Assembly (NCBI RefSeq): GCF_006345805.1
Contig: NW_021827440.1
Span: 1 to 10,345, forward strand
Source: Octopus sinensis
Lineage: Eukaryota
DNA length: 10,345 bases
Direction of reading: 5' to 3'
Below the pieces are notes generated by a model, which saw nothing but the letters and a program-made list of their open reading frames with translations, searched no databases and was not told the DNA's origin. Shown here piece after piece: positions 1 through 7,454 of the stretch; position 1 is the first letter of the stretch; each line of letters begins with the position of its first letter. The position numbers and the translations under genes are program-made.

Positions 1-288
1 ATGATAATGATGATGATGATGACGACGACGACGACGAGGACAGCGCCAATGACGACGACGATAATGACAATGAGGAGACGGAAGAGGAGGAAGAGAAGGA
101 GGAAGAGGAGAACGTGGATGAGAAAGAGGGAGAACATTATTATTAAGATGATGGTGAAAAGGAAAAAGCTGATGAATGATGATGATGATGACGACGACGA
201 TTATGATGATGATAATGAGAAGGATATGGATGAGCAAGCCGAGGATTATAATGATGATGATGATAATGATGATGAAAAAGAAGAAGAA

Positions 289-321
<33 letters not shown>

Positions 322-342
322 GAAGAAGAAGAAGAAGAAGAA

Positions 343-382
<40 letters not shown>

Positions 383-766
383 GTGATGGTGATGATGATG
401 ATGATGATGGTGATGGTGATGATGATGATGATGAAGAAGAAGAAGAAGAAGAAATAAGAAGAAGAAGAAGAAGAAGGAGAAGAAGAAGAAGAAGAAGAAG
501 AAGAAGATGCTGAATGATGATGATGATGATGATGATGATGATAATGATAAACGACAACGACGATGACGACAATGACAACGACAATGAGGAGGAGGAGCAG
601 CAGGAGGAAGAGGAAGAAGAAGAAGAAGAAGAAGAGAAGAGAGAAGAAGAAGAAGAAGAAAAGAAGAAGAAGGAGAAGAAGAAGAAGAAGAAGAAAGAAG
701 AAGAAGGAGAAGAAGAAGAAGAAGAAGAAGAAGAATTATAACAGCCATCAAAACAACAACAACAAC
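1..766. repeat. Compound trinucleotide microsatellite: (GAT)n/(GAA)n/(GAC)n/(GAG)n blocks, then a short (AAC)n
   Basis: Alternating GAT, GAA, GAC and GAG runs to about 735, then (AAC)n at about 752-766. It runs off the left edge. It generates the poly-D/E/M/K/R and poly-S/L/H/F ORFs. Confidence 0.97.
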
Positions 767-799
767 TTCAGTATCAACGTCAAGCAGACTCGGATCCTA

Positions 800-965
800 C
801 TCGATGAGCCACGATAAGGTCGACCCTTTTGCAAGAAATGACAACCAAATATCCTTCAATTTATGTCATATTGTCTTAAAGACACAAAAGCACACTGGAT
901 GTGGTCCTTGACAGAAAAAAAAATAACGGAATGGTCATGGATGGAATGCCCTTAATTCTTTTGAT
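800..965 (-). mobile_element. Diverged copy of an unclassified dispersed repeat (related to 4880-5020 and 7455-7645)
   Basis: Reverse complement has AAGGGCATTCCATCCATGACCATTCC, like TCAAAAACATTCCGTCTGTGACCACCCC (4921) and TTAAAATTTGTCCAATCGTGACCATCCT (~7497). It has CAAGGACCACATCCAGTGTG, like CAAGATCTACATTATCCAATATG (~4974). It has GATATTTGGTTGTCATTTCTTGCAAAAGGGTCGACC, like GAGATTTATCTGCTATTTCCAGCAGGGCGGTCGACC (~7593). Similarity is patchy and boundaries are approximate. Confidence 0.45.
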
Positions 966-972
966 CGGTTTT

Positions 973-1194
973 AATAGTAATGATAATAATAATAGTTTCA
1001 AATTTTGACAAGGCCCGTACTTTCGATGTGTGGGGTTTGGAATCGATTACTTCGACTCTAGTATTTAACTGGTAGTTGTTTTATCGATCCCGACAGGATG
1101 AAGTGCAAAGTCGACCTTGGCGGAATTTAAACTCAGAAAGGAAAGACGCTAAGCATTTCGCCCAGCGTGCTAATGTTTCTGCCAGCTCGCCGCC
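973..1194 (-). mobile_element. tRNA-like SINE, family 1, copy A (near full length, (ATT)n tail)
   Basis: Reverse complement of 1147-1194 matches the head of copy C (6146-6193) at 44/48 nt. It has a B-box-like GAGTTTAAATTCC and the shared core GTCGACTTTGCACTTCATCCTGTCGGGATCGATAAAA. It ends GGCCTTGTCAAAATTTGAAAC plus a degenerate (ATT)n tail (973-994). Confidence 0.9.
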
Positions 1195-1195
1195 C

Positions 1196-1546
1196 AGTGC
1201 CCTGGGAATTATAGCAAAAGGGGCTGATTTCTACCTAGCTCAGATACCAGGAAACCCCTAAATAGCAGAAATTCAAAAGATAGTGCTCATGGGAACTGCC
1301 CATATCCTACGTAAAATACTGTCTATGTAATCTCAAGTCTTAAAACAAACACATAATTTTCTTGTTTTTTTAAACATTATCTAGAACAACACTATGTACA
1401 AAACCAAATATATGGCACCCTAGGCGTAACACCAACATCAGCTTCTAACTTGTTGCCTCTTGAGGTCTCTGGGTGAGACTTGGAGCCAACTTGTACAAAT
1501 ACAATGCAAAAGTCGAACATAAAATAATAATAATAATAATAATAAT
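1196..1546 (+). mobile_element. 5'-truncated R4-clade (Dong/Rex6-like) non-LTR retrotransposon: end of restriction-like endonuclease domain, 3' UTR and (AAT)8 tail
   Basis: 1196-1330 reads SALGIIAKGADFYLAQIPGNP*IAEIQKIVLMGTAHILRKILSM*, with one in-frame stop at 1259-1261. This matches the recalled C-terminus of R4/Rex6-type ORFs (GALG...QIPG...QK..L.GTA.ILR..L). About 190 nt of 3' UTR follow, then (AAT)8 at 1523-1546. Clade assignment is from memory. Confidence 0.82.
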
Positions 1547-1672
1547 CTTTTGTACTATAGGCACAAAGCCTGAAATTTGGAGGGAGATGACTAGTCGGTT
1601 ACATTGACCCCAATGCTCAACTGATACTTAATTTATCGACCTCGAATGGATGAAAGGCAAAATCGAGCTTCG
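1547..1672 (-). mobile_element. tRNA-like SINE, family 1, copy B (core and tail only, head missing)
   Basis: Reverse complement reads TCGATTTTGCCTTTCATCCATTCGAGGTCGATAAATTAAGTATCAGTT, the same core as copies A and C. The tail differs: CAAATTTCAGGCTTTGTGCCTATAGTACAAAAAG. It runs into the (ATT)8 tract at 1523-1546 shared with the R4-like LINE. Confidence 0.87.
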
Positions 1673-1686
1673 CGTTGTGTTTCACT

Positions 1687-1743
1687 CATTTAAAAAACAT
1701 ATTGAACGTTTCTAACTTCAAGGAATGGTGGATGTTCAGGATA
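1687..1743 (+). mobile_element. RTE-clade LINE fragment, left part (interrupted by the mariner derivative)
   Basis: Reads HLKNILNVSNFKEWWMFR(I). Joined across the TA to 2617 onward, with one extra base, it gives W..FR..VY..A...L....R.HQDWFD, the usual RTE linker spacing. Confidence 0.6.
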
Positions 1744-1933
1744 CGTAATCCGACCAATAAGTATCCGGACTGTTGCCATGGTAACAAAGCTGAATCACGC
1801 AGAGTGAAGCTGCTTGATACAGATTGGCCTTGAACTCTGCTGTGCATGCGCACTAAGTTTTAATGTTCTAGCTCCCTTCTCTTACAGCAGTACTTGGAAG
1901 GAATCCGTGTAGCGTGTGATCGTCGCATTGACC

Positions 1934-2016
1934 ATGACAGAGAAAGTTGAGCAGAGAACCTACATCAGATTTTGTCAAAAGCTTGGCGATTCCTGCTCAG
2001 AGGCCTACGCAAAGTT
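1934..2016 (+). pseudogene. Mariner transposase N-terminal stub (arm 1)
   Basis: MTEKVEQRTYIRFCQKLGDSCSEAYAK resembles the first helix-turn-helix region of mariner transposases. It is truncated where it meets arm 2. Confidence 0.85.
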
Positions 2017-2420
2017 TTCAAACCGTCTTCATTGTTCTCAACACAATCAAGATCATGCGCAACTGAAACCCGAGTGTCTCTTTGGTCAGCTGAAAGCTGT
2101 TTTGGTACAAACTACGACGCAGACACGCGTCTCATACCTAAATTTTCAGTGATAATGGTCTGAACAGAACCGTATCTAATCTACATATCCTCTGATAACT
2201 CACGGATGGTGATTCGACGATTTACCCTCACAGCTGCACGCACATCTGCGATGTTTTTCTTAGTTCAGAACGTTCGCCAATACCGACATTTTCCGGCCAT
2301 CTTGGAAACGTTTGAACCACTCGTACATTTGTGTGCGGTTCAAACACTCCTCTCCATACACTTTCTGTAACTTTGCGTAGGCCTCTGCGCAGGAATCACC
2401 ATAACAACTTTCTCTGTCAT
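2010..2420 (-). pseudogene. Mariner transposase DNA-binding half (arm 2), disrupted
   Basis: MTEKV, a ~31-bp net deletion, then GDSCAEAYAKLQKVYGEECLNRTQMYEWFKRFQDGRK, a frameshift, then TKKNIADVRAAVRVNRRITIRELSEDM*IRYGSVQTIITENLGMRRVSAS*FVPKQLSADQRDTRVSVAHDLDCVENNEDGLKTL. FVPKQL corresponds to the mariner WVPHEL linker. It stops just before the first catalytic Asp (TGDE). Confidence 0.9.
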
Positions 2421-2616
2421 GGTCAATGCGGCAATTACACACTACTCATCTTCCTTCCAAGCACTAATGTAAACAGCGGAAGTGAGCTAGAACGTTAAAG
2501 CATAGTGCGCATGCACAGCAGAGTTCAAGGTCAATCTTTGCTAAGTGGCTTCACTCTGCACGCGTTAGCTTCCTTACTATGTCAACAGTCGGGATACTTA
2601 TTGATCAGACCGCGTA

Positions 2617-3060
2617 CGTGTCGTACAACATTGCACTCACTCTTCTGCGCTAGAACACGCGATGACACCAAGACTGGTTCGACGACAACGATGAGGAAAT
2701 TCAGGAACTGCTCGTGGAGAAGCAGGAAGCGTACAGAGTCTTTCAACAAGATAGCTAATCGGTTTCCAAGAAAGCAGGCTACAAACGCCACCAAACGCAG
2801 CGTGTAAGTAAAGCTCAGAGAGATGAAGAATTCCTGGCTCAGCAAGAAGGCAGATAAGATTCAGGTCCGTCTGCGGTTCACAGTCTTCCAGAGAATCACC
2901 ATTGACAAAAACGCATTCCTGAAAAGGTGGGCTGAGCACTTCAATAACTTGCTGCACAGACTTTCCACTATTCACTGTCAACAAAGAGGCTTGCATGCCC
3001 CAGGTTGACACCAACACTTCTCTGGCAGAGCTTCCAACAGGAACAGGTCAACAGAGCAAT
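2617..3060 (+). mobile_element. RTE-clade LINE fragment, endonuclease-RT linker region, decayed
   Basis: Across frameshifts: YNIALTLLR*NTR*HQDWFDDNDEEIQELLVEKQEAYRVFQQDS*SVSKK, then ATKRSV*VKLREMKNSWLSKKADKIQ, then TIDKNAFLKRWAEHFNNLLHRLSTI, then QVDTNTSLAELPT. HQDWFD.ND, KLR.M...W...KA..IQ and L.RW.EHF..LL are characteristic of RTE ORFs. Confidence 0.87.
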
Positions 3061-3525
3061 ATATATAAATTTATATATATAATAGTATACTTGTATACAT
3101 ATATATGCACGTATACACACACACACACACATACAGACACACACATATAGACACACACACACATATATATTATATCTACCTGTCTAACTATCTGTCTGTC
3201 TGCTTGTCGCTCTCTTTTCATCTATCTATCTATCTATCTATCTATTTATCTATCTATCAATATGTGTGTGTGCATGTGTGCATGTATGCGTGCATGTGTG
3301 TGCATGTGTGTATGTGTGTGTATGCAATAAAAACTAAAATTTTGAAAAGTATTGAGTGCTTAACTTATATATATATATATGTATGTATTTTTCCTTCATT
3401 CTCTGTCTCTTTCTCTGTGTATATACACACATACACGCACATATGCACACGCGCACGTACACACACACACACGCACACACACACACACACACGCAACACA
3501 CACACACACACTTATACACATGCAA
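3057..3525. repeat. Mixed (AT)/(AC)/(TCTA)/(GT) microsatellite cluster
   Basis: Directly visible runs, with a short AT-rich interruption at about 3325-3365. Confidence 0.92.
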
Positions 3526-3716
3526 TTAAGCGTCAGGTTGTCAAGCCACTGTACACACTCCAAACATCTGTCTCCATAGCAGTTAACAACATCCTGCTGC
3601 GCTCCATATTCTGTGACATGACATCTCAGAGCTTTTTGACATGTGACACTAGCCACGTGACACTATACAGTTGATACTTCTTTCCATTTACAGAAATCTC
3701 TCTGCTTCTTACTCAC

Positions 3717-3900
3717 TCTTTCTCTCTCTCTCTCTCTCACTCTCTCTCTCTCATCCTTTCTCTCATTCAGATTCACTCACTTCCACCCCTCCTCTCACTT
3801 CCACCCCTCCTCTCACTTTCTTTTTCTCTATTTGTGTCTAACGCTCTCTCTCTCCCTCTCTCTTTCTCTCTCTCTATCTGCCTATATACGTCACTCCCTC
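3717..3900. repeat. (CT)-rich pyrimidine tract with a short tandem duplication
   Basis: (CT)n runs; TCACTTCCACCCCTCCTC occurs twice in tandem at about 3777-3813. Confidence 0.85.
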
Positions 3901-3912
3901 CCTATCATCTAC

Positions 3913-3969
<57 letters not shown>

Positions 3970-3999
3970 AGTCTGTCTGTCTGTCTGTCTATCTACCAG

Positions 4000-4041
<42 letters not shown>

Positions 4042-4051
4042 AGTCTGTCTG

Positions 4052-4105
<54 letters not shown>

Positions 4106-4139
4106 AGTCTGTCTGTCTGTCTATCTACCAGTCTGTCTG

Positions 4140-4201
<62 letters not shown>

Positions 4202-4207
4202 AGTCTG

Positions 4208-4265
<58 letters not shown>

Positions 4266-4267
4266 AG

Positions 4268-4333
<66 letters not shown>

Positions 4334-4343
4334 AGTCTGTCTG

Positions 4344-4401
<58 letters not shown>

Positions 4402-4449
4402 AGTCTGTAAGTTGGTCCGCCAACCTGTCTGTCTGTCTCTCTCTCTATA

Positions 4450-4480
<31 letters not shown>

Positions 4481-4512
4481 ATATATATATATAATATATA
4501 TATATAATATTA
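3901..4512. repeat. (TATC)n/(TGTC)n tetranucleotide array (GATA/GACA type) followed by (AT)n
   Basis: About 500 bp of near-continuous TATC units punctuated by CAGTCTG/A variants to 4407, then TGTC/CT/TATC/AT runs. It explains the IYLS/YLSI ORFs. Confidence 0.97.
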
Positions 4513-4879
4513 TATTGGTACATCAGTTTTTTTTCTGTTTCGTCTAGTTTCATTCTTATATCTTTATCTTTCTCCTTCCATTTTAGTCACTCTCTCTCTC
4601 TCTCGTCTCATTCTGTAGTTCTGTATCTATCTATGTCTTTCTTTTACACTTCTACTACCGTTTCACTCCATCCTTCTTTCCCCCCTCTCTCTCTTTCTGT
4701 CTATATGCTGTTGCAATTTTCAAACGGCAACTTATTTACAACTGCTTAAAAAACAGCACTGCGTATGTGTGTATGCGCGCGTGTGCATGCTTATAATTCT
4801 ATATTTTGAAATTTAAAACAATACAAAAAAAATAACACAGGTCGATAGTTTTCTCCGATACTTCAATATAGTGTTTATT

Positions 4880-5020
4880 TGCCTCAGGTCTTTCCTGACC
4901 AAACTAAAGCAGACCGGGTATCAAAAACATTCCGTCTGTGACCACCCCGTCAGCTATTCCCATGCGTAGTGTACCCAAGATCTACATTATCCAATATGTT
5001 GTCATTTCTTCATTTAAACG
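4880..5020 (+). mobile_element. Diverged copy of the unclassified dispersed repeat
   Basis: Shares the CATTCC...TGACCA.CC and CTACATTATCCAAT motifs with 800-965 (-) and the first motif with 7455-7645 (+). Boundaries approximate. Confidence 0.45.
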
Positions 5021-5033
5021 GAAAGGATCTTTT

Positions 5034-5464
5034 CGGTTTGAACGGCAGTTTTTTCTAGCGGTGTCATATGAAATTGTCACCCATAATTATGACCCTAGTA
5101 TCGATCTATTGCATTTCAATCTGTTTTAGGGTTAGGGTTAGTTAGGGTTGTTAGGGTTAGGGTTAGGGTTAGGGGTGGGGAGAAGGGTATCCTTTTTTTC
5201 GTCACAAATGTAAATAAACACAACCTGTTTCTTAAACGAGAGACATATTCATACGGCACGAAATGTTTTTTAACTCAATAGACGTCAGTGATTGGTTGAA
5301 ATTGCAGAAATTGAAAAAAAAAACGAGAAATATCTTACAAACTATAGAATTTTCTCAATAAAGCCAAGAGAAAGAGATGTTTTATAAACACATTCTACCA
5401 GTATATGAAGTTTAAAAGTGTTTAGCTACGTGGAAATTATTTTAAAAAACTGCCGTTCAAACCG
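5034..5464. mobile_element. MITE-like non-autonomous element with 21-bp perfect inverted ends and internal telomeric repeats; superfamily unassigned
   Basis: CGGTTTGAACGGCAGTTTTTT (5034-5054) is the exact reverse complement of AAAAAACTGCCGTTCAAACCG (5444-5464). The interior is AT-rich and non-coding. No clear TSD. The inverted repeat may extend outward across an indel (AAGGA at 5023-5027, TCCTT at 5467-5471). Confidence 0.82.
5126..5187 (+). repeat. Interstitial (TTAGGG)n tract plus G-rich tail inside the TIR element
   Basis: Seven TTAGGG units with TTAG and TTG interruptions (5126-5174), followed by GTGGGGAGAAGGG. Confidence 0.95.
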
Positions 5465-5799
5465 TCTCCTTGACCGAAATCTAATCAGGGGTCAAGCGCA
5501 AACCTGTACTTAGCCCTTTACGCCTAGAATGTTGCCAGGTGCTCACAACACAAAACCAACTAGACAAGGCGGTGAATGGAAACACAACTCTATATTTCTG
5601 TAGAAATGTACCAAATCGTTTCCTGGATTCTTAGATAAAAATCGAAACCTTAGCCTGGATTTTTCTACGCGTTCCTTCCTATTGTGCCCGGCATTAGCAT
5701 ATAGAAATCTGACAGTCAACTGTCACTCTTAGTGAAGTTCTATAAAGCTAACATTCTTGGTTCAAATACAGTTCAACAGGCATAAACCCATTTATTTTC

Positions 5800-6620
5800 C
5801 ATCGTTCTCCGACCTACATCTAGCTTTCCAACAAGTAGAAATACAGCACCCAAGCTCTCTTCTCTCTCTTTCGCCTGGAACCTTCCCAAAGGAACACTTC
5901 AGTAATGGCTGTCAGCGTAAGACTATACAATTTGCACCCTCTCTATTTGCCAACGTAGAGAAGTAAATTCTCGTACTCTTTCTCTCTCCTTCTTTAAGCC
6001 GCCTTTTAGCAGTCACAGATAAACTTAACTACCAACAAAATGAATAACAACTGCAAATCATTTATGCACAAGAACAACTCGAAGAAGGCCATATCAACCG
6101 ATATTTTTCTCCTGTCATTTTATTTGGTAGGTATACCCGTTGCAAGGCGGCGAGCTGGCAGAAACGTTAGCACGCCGGGCGAAATGCGTAGCCGTATTTC
6201 GTCTGCCGTTATGTTCAGAGTTCAAATTCCGCCGAGATCGACTTTGCCTTTCATCCTTCCAGGGTCGATAAATTAAGAACCTGTTACGCACTGGAGTTGA
6301 TGTAATCGACTTAATCCGTTTGTCTGTCCTTCTTTGTCGCCTCTGTGTTTAGCCCCTTGTGGGTAGTAAAGAAAAAGGTGTGCCCGTTGCTGAAGGTTAG
6401 TTGAGGCTATGGTTGACGATGGCCTGGGATTGACTGTGGACGTCAACAAGAAAACTCTGAGTAGTCTTTTCAGGAGGACTCTCAGATCGATGATTATGGA
6501 CATTTTCCAAACAACCATTGATGTGGCAGTTCTACTAGGGGGCGTTCCAAGCCTATAGAGAAACTTCTACATGGAAGCGTCAACACCCGAAAACTACTCG
6601 AGGTGCGTGTAGGATGACAG
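5800..6620 (+). mobile_element. Tentative, heavily decayed RTE-like reverse transcriptase remnant, interrupted by SINE copy C
   Basis: Motif-like pieces in the right order: FSDLHLAFQQV (5805-5837, cf. F.DL.KAF..V), APSLF (5934-5948, cf. AP.LF), GLTVDVNKKT (6427-6456, cf. GL.I..KKT) and TIDV (~6515). APSLF to GLTV is 82 codons once the SINE and its TSD are removed, which is plausible for RTE. No recognisable Y/FADD motif, so this could be chance. Confidence 0.3.
6144..6375 (+). mobile_element. tRNA-like SINE, family 1, copy C (full length) with 15-bp target site duplication
   Basis: Head GGCGGCGAGCTGGCAGAAACG with A-box-like TGGCAGAAACG (6156-6166) and B-box-like GAGTTCAAATTCC (6218-6230). 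Core TCGACTTTGCCTTTCATCCTTCCAGGGTCGATAAATTAAG. Tail GTTTAGCCCCTTGTGGGTAGTAAAGAAAA. Flanks AGGTATACCCGTTGC (6129-6143) and AGGTGTGCCCGTTGC (6376-6390) match at 13/15. Confidence 0.93.
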
Positions 6621-6993
6621 GACCGCTTTGAGATGTTATCAGCCAATATCCGTACGTAAGAGACTTGTGTCGAACAGCTGCTGTCGAGTGTAGCATAAAT
6701 CTATTTGTAAGACGAGTGTATAATGAAGGCTGATAAGCTACCTTTCTTTTGGCAGTGAAGGGAGGTAAATCCTTCTCTGCTTGGGGGTTATGGTGACAGA
6801 GGTTGCGTGGTGGACTTACACTAAAGATTTAAAGATAGGAAGTTTCCCTATCTGGCCAAGCTCTCATCAACTACTTCAAGTAACCATTAGAAGAGAAAGT
6901 TATGCGTAGAGGGGGGTGCTGCTTTCTTGTGTATTTATCGAGACGTGGATGAAAGTGGCAAGACTGGTGAATTTGAACAGGCGTACCCTAAGT

Positions 6994-7046
6994 ATCCACC
7001 CACGCAACCAACCAACTAACGAACCAATCATCCATCCATCCAATCA
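6994..7046. repeat. Short degenerate (CCAA)/(CATC) microsatellite
   Basis: CAACCAACCAAC...CATCCATCCATCCAATC. Confidence 0.7.
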
Positions 7047-7078
7047 GTATCCTATTAGCAAGTATTTCCTTGAAACGT

Positions 7079-7276
7079 AGCGGGTGAGCTGGTAAATTCG
7101 TTAGCATACGGAGCAAAATACTTGAAGACATTTTTGTCCGACTTTACGTTTCTGAGTTCAAATTACGCCGAGATCGAATTTGCGTTTCACCCCCAAGGGA
7201 GTTAACAGGATAAATACCAATTGAGTAATCGAAATTGCTGGCCTTGTGCCAAAGTTAGACAACAAAAATTATCATT
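7079..7276 (+). mobile_element. tRNA-like SINE, family 1, copy D (diverged, internal deletion)
   Basis: Head GGGTGAGCTGGTAAATTCGTTAGCA, B-box-like GAGTTCAAATTAC, and a degraded core. Tail GGCCTTGTGCCAAAGTTAGAC...ATTATCATT is the same type as copy A. Confidence 0.82.
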
Positions 7277-7424
7277 AGCGGTTCGGCAAAAGAGACCGAT
7301 AGAATAAGTACTGGGCTTACAAAGAATAAGTCCCGGGGTCAATTTGCTCGACTAAAGGCGGTGCTCCAGCATGGCTGCAGTCAAATGACTGAAACAAGTA
7401 AAAGTGTAAAAGAGTAAAAGAGTA
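7275..7424 (+). mobile_element. 3' part of a second SINE-like family with (GTAAAAGA)n tail
   Basis: Ends GTGCTCCAGCATGGCTGCAGTCAAATGACTGAAACAA followed by tandem GTAAAAG(T/A) units. The last 44 nt match 9617-9660 in inverted orientation at 39/44. Recognised from memory as an abundant octopus repeat. Confidence 0.75.
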
Positions 7425-7454
7425 TAAGATTTTTTAAAATGTCGTAGTTTTTGT

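Larger units (their letters stand above)
1744..2614. mobile_element. Non-autonomous mariner (Tc1/mariner superfamily) derivative made of two inverted 5' ends; TA target site duplication
   Basis: Left end TACGTAATCCGACCAATAAGTATCCGGACTGTTG (1742-1775) matches the reverse complement of 2583-2616 at 28/34 nt. TA sits at 1742-1743 and 2615-2616. The inverted similarity extends over 1744-2016 versus 2369-2614 and includes the transposase 5' UTR and ATG in both arms. Confidence 0.9.

Noticed and set aside
1-817. Long ORFs encoding poly-D/E, poly-M/K/R and poly-S/L/H/F
   Set aside because: All frames on both strands are open because the triplet repeat lacks stops. The acidic frame is not continuous, and no domain or splice context is evident.
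3525-3700. Unique island with a Cys-rich minus-strand frame (VASVTCQKALRCHVTEYGAQQDVVNCYGDRCLECVQWLDNL)
   Set aside because: No recognisable family and no convincing acceptor/donor pair around it. It cannot be supported without expression or homology data.
3105-4547. ORFs of 189, 192 and 237 aa (HT-rich, IYLS repeats)
   Set aside because: Translations of (CA)n and (TATC)n.
4715-4735. TTTCAAACGGCAACTT, resembling the TIR of the TTAGGG element
   Set aside because: Short, mismatched and without a partner; compatible with chance.
5126-5174. True telomere or chromosome fusion scar
   Set aside because: Only seven units in one orientation, enclosed by inverted repeats, with no head-to-head (TTAGGG)/(CCCTAA) junction.
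5469-5493. Small inverted repeat CTTGACC...GGTCAAG right of the TIR element
   Set aside because: A 7-bp stem is expected by chance and is not followed by a terminator-like or Helitron-like end.
6146-6235. tRNA gene call for the SINE head
   Set aside because: A- and B-box-like motifs are present, but I found no cloverleaf or anticodon arm. It continues into the SINE core and recurs in diverged copies.
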